Shown here in pieces: positions 1-8,207 of a stretch of DNA of 27,133 nucleotides; the first letter of the stretch is position 1; every line of letters starts with the position of its first letter. Below the pieces are notes generated by a model. It saw nothing but the letters and a program-made list of their open reading frames with translations, was not told the origin of the DNA and searched no databases. The DNA is taken from the IMG/VR virus record IMGVR_UViG_3300030119_000664, positions 1 through 27,133 of that record. One strand, 5' to 3'. The translations under genes were made by a program, and so were the position numbers. This DNA comes from a virus. Taxonomy: Duplodnaviria > Caudoviricetes.

Positions 1-321
1 ACCGTGAGCGGCGGTGAGCTCTACGGCAGCGCAGGCGGCGGCGGCGGCGGCGGGCGGCCGAACGGCGCGGGGGCCGCTGGGGGTACGACCTTTGCGACCT
101 TCACTATGGCTAGTTCGGGGACGGCCGGCACACCGACCTCGAACGGGGCCGGCGGCGCTGGCGCAAACGAAGCGGGGCAGACGGGCGGCACTGGTTACAA
201 TGGCGGCATGTTCGCAGCCGTCGGCGGTGGCAGCGGCGGCGCGGCTGGCTTCGCGATCCGGCGCAACGGCTACTCGAGCCCGGTCACCAACAATGGCACG
301 GTAAGCGGGACGGTAGGATGA
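1..321 (+). CDS. C-terminal part of a glycine-rich tail fibre/tail protein (5' truncated by the window)
   Basis: The frame is open from base 1 and encodes Gly-rich GGGGG/GGxGG runs typical of phage tail-associated proteins. Its stop overlaps the next ATG (ATGA 318-321). Confidence 0.6.
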   Translation, partial: TVSGGELYGSAGGGGGGGRPNGAGAAGGTTFATFTMASSGTAGTPTSNGAGGAGANEAGQTGGTGYNGGMFAAVGGGSGGAAGFAIRRNGYSSPVTNNGTVSGTVG

Positions 322-614
322 GCGCGTTCGATTTTGCAGCGGCCTGGGCGAACCTATCGACCGGCGATTACGTGTCCATTTCCGACGGGAAAGATGAGCC
401 GAGCGTGCGCGGCGGAGTGCTGTGGTGGGGTTGGCGCAGTCACAACTTTGTCGGCCAATTCAAGGGCCGGGTAGAAGGCGAGCGCCGTAAGCTACTGTTT
501 CAACTGCCGCGGCAAGCGAATGCCGACGTCGTGTTCGAGATTGTCGAGAGCTATCCGCACACCTTCGAGACGAGCGATGCAGAGAGTTTCGCTTCCGTCG
601 AAAATGGACTATAG
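318..614 (+). CDS. Hypothetical phage protein (98 aa)
   Basis: ATGA-coupled to the upstream gene, with globular protein-like composition. Confidence 0.65.
   Translation: MSAFDFAAAWANLSTGDYVSISDGKDEPSVRGGVLWWGWRSHNFVGQFKGRVEGERRKLLFQLPRQANADVVFEIVESYPHTFETSDAESFASVENGL
374..386 (+). promoter_or_regulatory. Copy of the dispersed operator-like motif GTCCAWWTCSGAC
   Basis: GTCCATTTCCGAC. A one-mismatch inverted copy (GTCGAAAATGGAC) lies at 597-609. Confidence 0.45.
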
Positions 615-641
615 GGGAAGAAACGGCCGGGGGGCATCGAA

Positions 642-1001
642 GTGACTGGCGAAACTACCAAGCTCAACATCAAGGACAAGAGCGACGAACGCACCGAGTT
701 CTTCGAGATCCTCGAAGCGGCCGGAACCACCTCGCCTGCCATTCGCCTGCAGGGCACGGTGACCGTGCAGCTATCTGGCACAGCAACCGAGATTTCCGCA
801 GTTGTCGAACGATCGTCGCGCAGCCCAGGCAGCGGTCAGGAGAATTGGGCGCCCGCAGAAGACGAGACGTTCGCGGGCGATCTATCCGCCGGGATAGCTC
901 CCCGCGAATATACCGAACCGGCTATCGGGTGGTGGCGCGTGCGCGTGCTGACGCTCACGGGCGGCGACGTCAAAATCAGCATTATCGGCGAAACGGCGTG
1001 A
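642..1001 (+). CDS. Hypothetical tail-region protein, beta-strand rich (119 aa)
   Basis: GTG start after a GGGGG SD-like sequence, high GC3, and GTGA overlap with the next gene. Confidence 0.75.
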   Translation: MTGETTKLNIKDKSDERTEFFEILEAAGTTSPAIRLQGTVTVQLSGTATEISAVVERSSRSPGSGQENWAPAEDETFAGDLSAGIAPREYTEPAIGWWRVRVLTLTGGDVKISIIGETA

Positions 1002-2980
1002 GCCTTCGGCGCAGCCCTTCGAGCCTTGGCTCGCGGCTGATAGCCGCCGTTAGTCAATCGGCTATGGTGCAGCTGCTTGGCGTGCGCTTGGATAACCTCG
1101 CTGGCGAGGTGCTGCAGGATAAGGTGACGGGCTTGCCCGCCGACCTAGCCGCGAAAGTCGCGACTACGGACCTCGCGTCCACCGACGCGGGCAAGGGCGC
1201 TTCGCTAGTCGGCCTTGAAGAAGGCGGCGCGGTTACGGATGCTGTAAAATACATTACGCCTGAAATGAAGGGGGCGGACATTGGTGACAGCGGCACTGCG
1301 GCAAACTTTGCTACGGCTGCTGGGGCGGCTCGGGACGGGGGCAAGGTGTTGCGCCTGCGCCCCGGTTCTTACTATGCTGTCCCCGGCGCGATAACGGTGG
1401 CCGATGGGGAGAGCCTGACCATTGAGGTCGAGGGCGATGGCCAGGCCCACATTCTGCCCACGGCCTCTAGCACCTCGGCTATTATTACGCTGAGCGACGC
1501 GGCAACCTTGAGTGTGCGCGGCATTCGTTTTGGGGACACGACGAACACGCCGCTCATTGCCGCGTCCTCGTCCGCGTCGTCCGCAAAGAGGTGGTCGATC
1601 AAGGCTGAAAATTGCCTGTTCGACATTTCCAACAACACAAACCGCAAGGCATTGCAGCTTATTGGTTATCGTGGTGACCTGACCTTCACTGGCTGCACAT
1701 TCATCGGTCACCCGGCCAGCGCCACCAGTGGCGTCTCTGCCGCTTTCGGGCAGGTTTTGCTTGATGCCGGGGGTGCGGAGAACGTTGATCAAGACGCGGT
1801 GTTCCGCGTGGATGGCTGTCAGTTCTTCGGCGGATCGTGCGGGATCAACCAGTCGGGGACGAACGACCCCGGAAAAACGTTTATCCTCAATTCGGTGTTC
1901 AAGGGGCAAAAAATCACCGGGATTCGCGGCTATCACGCGGTTCAGGCTATGTATGACAACCTGATTATTGAAGATTGCGAGGGGGAAAACGACACCTCAG
2001 AGGCCCTTCAGGGGGCCGCGCTATTCCTTGATGTAACATCGCCCTACGTTCTCGGTAACCGCATCACGGTGTCGAATATCATTATCCGTGATTGCGCTGG
2101 CATCGGCGTGCAATGCGAGGAGTTGCAGGGCGTCACCCTGTCTGCTGTCCATGTCATCAACCAATCGGCTGTCAGTGGTCATTCAGGAATCTCCACTGCT
2201 TTTCTCATCGGTGGGCAGTGTTACGAAACGACCTTTATCGGTTGCCAGGCGCAGGGCACCACAGGCGGTCCTGCTGTGCTTATCGACGGGACATCCACGT
2301 CAGTGACGGGCACGCCGCGCAACATCGTGTTTCAGTCCTGCACCTTCCGCGACAACGACCTCGGCGGGATATATTGCACGCAGGGGTGTAGCGGCCTTTC
2401 CGTTCTTGGGGGAACCCTCTGCAACAACAGCGGTGACGCATCGGGCGTGACGCATGACATTTCGATTTCTGGCACCGCCCCTTCGCGCGTGACGGTTGCG
2501 GGGGTCCACTTCAAGGACGGCGGCTCTACCAGCGACTCGGCGGCCAACATCAAAACCAGCGTTTCGGGCGGCGAATACATTGTCGCGAATTGCCAGTTGG
2601 ATGGACAGGCATCGACGCTTGTTGACCTACAGTCCCCCGGGAAGTCCTCTATCACGGGTGGTTCAATTACGAGCGGCAAGAATCTCACTGCGAACTCAAA
2701 CCTGCGCATTCGGGACGTTGCCAACTACAAAACCGATTATGTTGGCTCGATCACGACCACCGCAGCCAGCGAATACACGCTGGCGAAAGCCACGATGGGC
2801 ATGGGAACCGGCGCGCAGGGGGCGAACTATGTTCTTGCCACCTATCTCGGCACCGCGAATTACAAGGCCAGCGCCTATATCTCCAGCGGCGATGTCAAGG
2901 TGCGCCTGACGGACAGCGCTGGCGCGCTTGTCGCGGGTGACGTTCAGGTGCTTGCCTACATGGCCGGTGCGCTTCGATGA
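998..2980 (+). CDS. Tailspike / receptor-binding protein with pectate-lyase-like right-handed beta-helix (660 aa)
   Basis: GTG start at 998 overlaps the upstream TGA. The LASTDAGKGASLVG linker is typical of tailspike N-termini. Repeated beta-helix rungs are present (FTGCTF, VDGCQF, FIGCQA, FQSCTFRDN, VANCQL). Confidence 0.8.
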   Translation: MSLRRSPSSLGSRLIAAVSQSAMVQLLGVRLDNLAGEVLQDKVTGLPADLAAKVATTDLASTDAGKGASLVGLEEGGAVTDAVKYITPEMKGADIGDSGTAANFATAAGAARDGGKVLRLRPGSYYAVPGAITVADGESLTIEVEGDGQAHILPTASSTSAIITLSDAATLSVRGIRFGDTTNTPLIAASSSASSAKRWSIKAENCLFDISNNTNRKALQLIGYRGDLTFTGCTFIGHPASATSGVSAAFGQVLLDAGGAENVDQDAVFRVDGCQFFGGSCGINQSGTNDPGKTFILNSVFKGQKITGIRGYHAVQAMYDNLIIEDCEGENDTSEALQGAALFLDVTSPYVLGNRITVSNIIIRDCAGIGVQCEELQGVTLSAVHVINQSAVSGHSGISTAFLIGGQCYETTFIGCQAQGTTGGPAVLIDGTSTSVTGTPRNIVFQSCTFRDNDLGGIYCTQGCSGLSVLGGTLCNNSGDASGVTHDISISGTAPSRVTVAGVHFKDGGSTSDSAANIKTSVSGGEYIVANCQLDGQASTLVDLQSPGKSSITGGSITSGKNLTANSNLRIRDVANYKTDYVGSITTTAASEYTLAKATMGMGTGAQGANYVLATYLGTANYKASAYISSGDVKVRLTDSAGALVAGDVQVLAYMAGALR

Positions 2981-3018
2981 CCCGCGCTCTGACCCGCGCT
3001 CTGACCCGCGCTCTGACC
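2978..3018 (+). repeat. 12-bp tandem repeat TGACCCGCGCTC x3.4
   Basis: Exact copies at 2978, 2990 and 3002, and a partial TGACC at 3014. The first copy begins with the tailspike stop codon. Confidence 0.95.
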
Positions 3019-3092
3019 TGCCTCGCGGTAATGTGCCTGGCATGGCCGATAAGCGAGTGCGCGTTTAACTACGTGCAGGGCAGGAGGCGCGC

Positions 3093-3641
3093 GTGATGGA
3101 CGAAGTTCTCGCCCAGACCTTCCCGCCCAGCTTTGCCGATGGGCCGGTGTCCTATGGGATGGCGCTTTTCAGCATGTCGCTGTGCAGCGCGTTATCGCTG
3201 GCGATGCTGCTACGCTTTTGGTTCGAGGCGCGGGCGCGCCGGGAGGCGTGGAGATTGGCTGCGAACCCACGTCCAGAAGATGAGCCGTTCGCTTCCCCGC
3301 TGACGATCCATCGCATGATCGTTTCGTGTTTCTTCTTCATGGTCTTCATCGGGGTGACGCCGGATGCGGTCAAATACCTCGTGTGGGGCGAAGTCTCCAT
3401 GCGAGCTATGTACGTCATTCAAGAGGTCGATCAGGTTCTCGACGGTCTGACGTTCATCCCGCTCGTCGCGGCCACCTTGCTTTCGACCTGGGGAATGCAG
3501 GTAATCCCGCAACAGCTGATCCAGGAGACGCGCGTGATGCTGCGCCCGCCGACTTGGGAAGTCCTCAAGCCGCACGCGAAGGTGGGGGCGGTTGTGTTGC
3601 TCATCGCAATCGGAGTGACGCTCGCAAAGGCTGGGGCATGA
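3093..3641 (+). CDS. Multi-pass membrane protein heading the lysis cassette (about 4 TM segments)
   Basis: Strong AGGAGG SD before GTG3093/ATG3096, and four hydrophobic stretches. Confidence 0.8.
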   Translation: MMDEVLAQTFPPSFADGPVSYGMALFSMSLCSALSLAMLLRFWFEARARREAWRLAANPRPEDEPFASPLTIHRMIVSCFFFMVFIGVTPDAVKYLVWGEVSMRAMYVIQEVDQVLDGLTFIPLVAATLLSTWGMQVIPQQLIQETRVMLRPPTWEVLKPHAKVGAVVLLIAIGVTLAKAGA

Positions 3642-4003
3642 AGGCTTCGACTGGCATTGCCGTTGCCGCGCCTAGCTTGGGCCCGGCGATCGTCACCGTG
3701 TTCGGCATCGACGTGCCTGTCATGGCGCTGTGCCTGTCGGTGGCCGGGCTCGTGCTCGCCCGCGTCGTCGCGCCGCCCCCGCTGCGAAAGCTATCGCGCG
3801 TGCAGGAGGTGTCGCTGACGCTGCTTCTGCTCGTCGTGCTGTTCCTGATCGTGACCGGTGAGCTCGGCGGCGGTGATCCGCTCGGCCCCGGCATGGCAAC
3901 CGTATGGGGCATCGGCCTCGGGTTCTCGGGCCTGCTCGCTGTCGAGTTCTTCTCCGAACGCATCCGCGCGATGCTGACCGCTCTCATGGGAGGCGCGAAG
4001 TGA
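3638..4003 (+). CDS. Putative holin (121 aa, about 3 TM segments)
   Basis: ATGA-coupled start (MKASTG...), very hydrophobic, and directly upstream of the endolysin. Confidence 0.65.
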   Translation: MKASTGIAVAAPSLGPAIVTVFGIDVPVMALCLSVAGLVLARVVAPPPLRKLSRVQEVSLTLLLLVVLFLIVTGELGGGDPLGPGMATVWGIGLGFSGLLAVEFFSERIRAMLTALMGGAK

Positions 4004-4635
4004 CCGATCCACGCAAAGCCTATTTTGACGCTGCACGCGCAGCCGACGAGGACGGCGTTCTCGTACTCGACGACATCAACAAGATCCACGCGGTTCTCGA
4101 CCTCGCGGGCGTCCCGCGCAACGCCATGCCGGCGATTCCGATTATCGAGCCGGGCGGCCCCGACGAGGTAGGAACCGACGGCATCAACCTTATCAAGCAG
4201 TTCGAGGGCTGCGCGCGGCTGCGCAAGGACGGGTTGATCGAAGCCTATCCCGATCCCGGCACGGGCGGCGAGCCTTGGACGATTGGTTGGGGCGCGACCC
4301 GCGACGGGCTGCATGGCTATGTGCGCAAGGGCACGGTCTGGACGCAGAAGCAATGCGATGAACGGCTCGTGTCGGACCTCGTGCGCTATGCGAACGACGT
4401 CGCCCGCGCGATCGGGGACGCACCGACCAGCCAGGCGCAGTTCGATGCGATGGTCAGCTTCCACTACAACACGGGCGCTATCGGCCGGGCCACGCTGACG
4501 AAAAAGCACAAGGCGCGCGACTATGGCGGCGCGGCGGCCGAATTCAGGCGGTGGAACAAGGCGGGCGGGCGTGTGCTCAAGGGCCTCGTTCGTCGCCGCG
4601 GCAGCGAAGAAAAGCTCTACAGGAGCGGATCGTGA
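4000..4635 (+). CDS. Endolysin, GH24 lysozyme (211 aa)
   Basis: GH24 motifs LIKQFEG, AYPD, WTIGWG, QFDAMVSFHYNTG and RWNKAGGRVLKGLVRRR. GGAGG SD and GTG start overlapping the upstream stop. Confidence 0.95.
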   Translation: MTDPRKAYFDAARAADEDGVLVLDDINKIHAVLDLAGVPRNAMPAIPIIEPGGPDEVGTDGINLIKQFEGCARLRKDGLIEAYPDPGTGGEPWTIGWGATRDGLHGYVRKGTVWTQKQCDERLVSDLVRYANDVARAIGDAPTSQAQFDAMVSFHYNTGAIGRATLTKKHKARDYGGAAAEFRRWNKAGGRVLKGLVRRRGSEEKLYRSGS

Positions 4636-4868
4636 ACCACGATTGGCAGCGCTTCGCCGCAATCGTCATGCTCGCCCTGCTCGGCGGGGGCATCGTCGCT
4701 TGGTTGATCGTTTCGGTGGTGTGGGATGGTAAGCTGTCCGCGATCGACGGCGGCGCGCTGGCCGCGGCCTTCCTCTCGCTGCGCGAAGTGTTCTCCAAGA
4801 TCGAGAAAATCGCGATGGGCATCCGCACACCGGAGCCTGTGACCGACCCCGTGGGAGAAGACCAATGA
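4632..4868 (+). CDS. Small 2-TM membrane protein, holin/antiholin-like (78 aa)
   Basis: GTGA-coupled start with AGGAG SD, two hydrophobic segments and a charged C-terminal tail. Confidence 0.7.
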   Translation: MNHDWQRFAAIVMLALLGGGIVAWLIVSVVWDGKLSAIDGGALAAAFLSLREVFSKIEKIAMGIRTPEPVTDPVGEDQ

Positions 4869-5005
4869 TCGGCGACAACATCGGCCCGCTCATCTGGGAG
4901 GGCATCAAGAACCGGGTGCGCGAGTGGGTCGCCGATTACTGGCTGATCGCGCTGGCGCTCGTGCTGTTCGTCGCCGGGCTTTGGGTGGGAGGCACCAATG
5001 GGTAG
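4865..5005 (+). CDS. Small single-TM protein (46 aa; absent from the ORF track)
   Basis: MIGDNIGPLIWEGIKNRVREWVADYWLIALALVLFVAGLWVGGTNG. GGAG SD and ATGA coupling; it fills the gap between its neighbours exactly. Confidence 0.7.
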   Translation: MIGDNIGPLIWEGIKNRVREWVADYWLIALALVLFVAGLWVGGTNG

Positions 5006-5336
5006 CAGCATCATCAAGTTCGTGACCGAAGGCGCGCTGTTCGGCGGTGTGCGCAATTACGTGTGGCTCGGCGCGCTGGCGATTGCCGCGGGCATCATCT
5101 TCACGATCATCACCATCGCCGACAACGCAGTCGAGGACACGCTCGATACCGCGAAGGATGCGGGCCGGGCCGAAGCCGTGGCCGAGGGGCACGAAACCAC
5201 GCTCGAACAAACAGGGGCAGCAAATGAAGCAGGTAATGAAGTGCGCGATGATCGCGGCAATGCTCGTTACGATGAGTGCGTGCGCTCCGTCGCGCAGTCG
5301 CACCGGGCCAGTTGCGAGCGCTACCGACACCAGTAG
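4998..5336 (+). CDS. Inner-membrane spanin (Rz-like)
   Basis: N-terminal TM helix followed by a helical periplasmic part with two C-terminal Cys. Lies after the endolysin and overlaps a lipoprotein gene. Confidence 0.7.
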   Translation: MGSSIIKFVTEGALFGGVRNYVWLGALAIAAGIIFTIITIADNAVEDTLDTAKDAGRAEAVAEGHETTLEQTGAANEAGNEVRDDRGNARYDECVRSVAQSHRASCERYRHQ

Positions 5337-5484
5337 CCTTTGCCAGGTCGATCGGCCGCTTGTCGCCCGCCCGGCCCCGGCCGCGGGGGTGAACGACACC
5401 GGCAACACGTTCGATACGGACGAAACGACGGATGCAATTCTCGAGCACAATGCGCGCTACCGCGCGGCCTGCCCGAAGGATTAA
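5224..5484 (+). CDS. Outer-membrane spanin lipoprotein (Rz1-like)
   Basis: Signal peptide with lipobox-like MSAC, Pro-containing mature part with further Cys, overlapping the i-spanin 3' end in another frame. The start could be 5224 or 5236. Confidence 0.7.
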   Translation: MKQVMKCAMIAAMLVTMSACAPSRSRTGPVASATDTSSLCQVDRPLVARPAPAAGVNDTGNTFDTDETTDAILEHNARYRAACPKD

Positions 5485-5526
5485 TGATCGGTAATGGACG
5501 GGCGCGGAAACGCGCATAACCCCCCG

Positions 5527-5555
5527 TTGTCCAATTCCGACGAATAGGCTATTAC
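5527..5555 (+). promoter_or_regulatory. Putative sigma70 promoter of the ejection operon, overlapped by the operator-like motif
   Basis: TTGTCC(5527-32)-17 bp-TATTAC(5550-55). The motif GTCCAATTCCGAC at 5529-5541 overlaps the -35. Confidence 0.55.
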
Positions 5556-5577
5556 AGCCGCGACGACGGGGGTATTT

Positions 5578-6168
5578 ATGGCGTTCGACGACAAAGGCAT
5601 CTGGAAGCAGGAAGACGCTGGCGTAGCGAACAAGATCGCCAAGCTCACCCTCGACAATTCCGATTACATGAAATCCGCGCGCACGAGCGGCATGCAGACG
5701 GCCAATCGCCGCGGGCTCGGCAATTCGTCGATGGCCGCCAAGGCTTCGCAGGGCGCCGCGATCGACCGCGCCGCGCCGATCGCCTCGCAGGAGGCGCAGC
5801 AGATACACCAGCACAACATTGCCGAGCACGAGGGCGGCATCAAGACCGACCAGCTGGGCATGCAGCTGGCCGCGGCCGAGCGCGAGGCCATGGCGAACGC
5901 CATCCGCGACATGAGCAGCCAGCGCTTCGGGGCAATCTCGAACACGCTCGTCAACGACAAGATCCCGGCGTCTGCGCGCTCGGCCGTGCAGCGCTCGATC
6001 GACGATCAGTATCAGTCGGCCATGAATTACCTGCAACGCCTCTACGGCGTGCAATTCAGCGATGCGGGTTTCGCGGTCAATTCCGGCGGCGCTTATCCGG
6101 TGGCGCCAGTTCCGGGCGGCGGGGGCGGGCCTGGCGCGAGCGGGCTCGGTCGCTACTGGAATTACTGA
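5578..6168 (+). CDS. Putative internal virion/DNA-transfer (ejection) protein (196 aa)
   Basis: Ala/Gln-rich helical protein with the RRGLGNSSMA motif seen in podophage ejection proteins. First gene after the intergenic promoter. Confidence 0.6.
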   Translation: MAFDDKGIWKQEDAGVANKIAKLTLDNSDYMKSARTSGMQTANRRGLGNSSMAAKASQGAAIDRAAPIASQEAQQIHQHNIAEHEGGIKTDQLGMQLAAAEREAMANAIRDMSSQRFGAISNTLVNDKIPASARSAVQRSIDDQYQSAMNYLQRLYGVQFSDAGFAVNSGGAYPVAPVPGGGGGPGASGLGRYWNY

Positions 6169-6171
6169 CCT

Positions 6172-6684
6172 ATGCAAATTCGCCCCGCCCGCATGATCGA
6201 AACGCCTGAATTGGTCGGGATCCTCGTGGAACGCCATCCCGAGACGATCTACGCTGCGCATGGTGTCGATATTGACGAGCCGCTCGCGCGCAAGATCATC
6301 GCCCATCATATCCAGCGCAGCGACGGCACCAATGACGGCGGCACATTCGTGCGCGTGGCGGTGGACGAGAACGACGCGCCGCAAGCGTTCGTGATGGGCT
6401 TCCTCTCGCGCGTCTACATGATCGGCGACAAGCTGCAGGCAGTCGATTGCTTCCTGATCGGCCGCAAGGACGTCTCGGCATCCGTGCTCGACCAGCTGTT
6501 CGACCAGTACGTCGCCTGGGCCATGGACAATCCCAAGGTCTACGACGTGCAGGCGACGTGGACCGACATTCTCCCCCAAACTGACAGGTTCGATGCGGTC
6601 TATCGCCGCAAGGGTTTCGCGCAATGTGGCGCGGTATATCGGCGGCTTCCGCATGCCGAGCAGCAAGAGGGGGCCGCGGCATGA
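6172..6684 (+). CDS. GNAT-fold acetyltransferase-like protein (170 aa)
   Basis: N-terminal MQIRPA and C-terminal YRRKGF, typical of GNAT strand 1 and motif B. Such genes are common among podophage virion genes. Confidence 0.65.
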   Translation: MQIRPARMIETPELVGILVERHPETIYAAHGVDIDEPLARKIIAHHIQRSDGTNDGGTFVRVAVDENDAPQAFVMGFLSRVYMIGDKLQAVDCFLIGRKDVSASVLDQLFDQYVAWAMDNPKVYDVQATWTDILPQTDRFDAVYRRKGFAQCGAVYRRLPHAEQQEGAAA

Positions 6685-7562
6685 GCGGTGTGGTCAAGGC
6701 GATCGGCAAAGCCTTCAAGTCGGTCGTGAAAGTAGTCAAGAAAGTGGCTCTGCCCGCTCTCGCGGTTGGCGCAGTCGTTCTTACAGGGGGCGCCGCTCTC
6801 GGCGTCCTGCCCGCCCTGGGAGGTGCGGGCGGTCTTCTTGCCAGCGTCGGAATAAAGGGCGCCCTTGCGGGCATATTGACCGGCGCGGCGAAGGCGGCGA
6901 CCTTCGGCGCGATCGGTTCGGCGCTGACCGGCGGCAACATCATCAAGGGCGCGACCCAGGGCTTTATGATCGGCGGCGCAATGGGCGGCCTCGGCGCGCT
7001 CACGGGCGCAGCCAGCGGCGCGACCGGCGCTGCAGGCGCAGGCGGGGAAGCCGCGGCGCAGGCAGGCAGCACCGCTTCGACCGCATCGACGGCGACCAGT
7101 ACCGCAGGCGGCTGGGCCGTGCCCACCGCGGGCGGCCCCATGCCGCTTGCCAGCGCAGGCGGATCGGCGGCGGCGAGCGGCGGCGGGCTCGGCGGGGTGG
7201 CGGCTGGCGCGGTATCGAGCGTAGCGCCCGCAGCGAGCGCGCCGGTTATCTCGAGCGCGGCCCCGGCGGCATCGTCGGGCGGCGGGTTCGGTAGCTTCCT
7301 CGGCAATATGCACCCCATGGTGCAGTCGCAGCTGATCGGCGGAATTGGCCAGGGTCTTGCGGCCAATGCCGACGCGAAGGACGCGCGGCGCGAACGCGAG
7401 CGCATCGAGGCCAACTATGCCGACACATCGGGCCTGTATTTCCACGATGGGGAAACCGGCCCGGCCCTGCCCGATGCAGGATCCTACTATTCGCCGCGCG
7501 TCTACGGGAACGCCCGGCTTCGCTACGACCCGCGGCATGGCCGCGTCGTCGCGGGAGGCTAA
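6681..7562 (+). CDS. Putative DNA pilot/ejection protein, Gly/Ala-rich (293 aa)
   Basis: ATGA-coupled start with GAGGGG SD. Amphipathic basic N-terminus (VVKAIGKAFKSVVKVVKK) followed by glycine-zipper hydrophobic segments. Confidence 0.7.
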   Translation: MSGVVKAIGKAFKSVVKVVKKVALPALAVGAVVLTGGAALGVLPALGGAGGLLASVGIKGALAGILTGAAKAATFGAIGSALTGGNIIKGATQGFMIGGAMGGLGALTGAASGATGAAGAGGEAAAQAGSTASTASTATSTAGGWAVPTAGGPMPLASAGGSAAASGGGLGGVAAGAVSSVAPAASAPVISSAAPAASSGGGFGSFLGNMHPMVQSQLIGGIGQGLAANADAKDARRERERIEANYADTSGLYFHDGETGPALPDAGSYYSPRVYGNARLRYDPRHGRVVAGG

Positions 7563-7565
7563 CCC

Positions 7566-8207
7566 ATGGCAGGACTTGGCAAACCAGCACCGGCTGCACC
7601 GCAGGCCAGCGCAGCGCCGCAGGAAGGCGCGGGCGAGGACGTCAACACGTCACCTGCAGGCATGCTCGACGAGAGCGCGATGCAGATGGAGGAACCCACA
7701 CCCGAAGAACAGGCGCAGTTCGAGCGCTTCGAGAGGGTGATGATGGGTATCGTTTACTAGGGCGAGGAAGTGAGCTCGGCCGTGGTCGATAACCTGCGCG
7801 GCAACTTCGACCCGTCGGCGCTGGAAATGTTTGCCGAGGCGCAGCCTCCGGTGACGGACAGCCCGCAGGACAGCCTTGCCGCGACCGGCGTGCTTCTCAC
7901 CCTCCTGACCGAGCAGAACGGCGAGGAAGATTTCGCCGATGACGTGGTGCTCCACGGCGGCAAGCGCGCGATCGAGGAGCTGATCGAGGTGGCCGAGGCC
8001 GCCAAGGTCCACGACTTCACCGAGCAGGACATTGAGACGGTGACCTATCGGGCCTTCGACCTCTACCGGATCGCAAGCCCGCGCGTGGACCGCGAAGCGC
8101 TGACGGCCGAGTTCCAGGATCTCGCCGCAGCCAGCAATGAGGGGCGGCTGGGCGAAGTGCTCCCCGGCCTGCCCGGCGGTGCACCACTGAACAAGGGGGC
8201 AAGCTGA
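7566..8207 (+). pseudogene. Acidic virion-operon protein interrupted by one in-frame TAG at 7758-7760
   Basis: ORFs 7566-7760 and 7770-8207 are in the same frame (offset 204 nt) and read ...MMGIVY*GEEVSSAVV.... There is a GGAGG SD before 7566, while the GAGGA before GTG7770 is only 1 nt from it. Confidence 0.7.

Noticed and set aside
845-997. Upstream extensions of ORF-track calls (845, 3326, 3904, 4551, 5047, 6624, 14792, 14630, 26419)
   Set aside because: They overlap real upstream genes or regulatory DNA and mostly read as off-frame sequence. Downstream starts with coupling, SD or promoter support were preferred.
2978-3018. Possible CRISPR array
   Set aside because: Units are only 12 bp, directly adjacent, and have no spacers; no cas genes are present.
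7770-8207. Independent gene starting at GTG 7770
   Set aside because: The SD-like GAGGA is only 1 nt from the GTG and the frame is continuous with 7566-7760, so it is better read as one interrupted gene.
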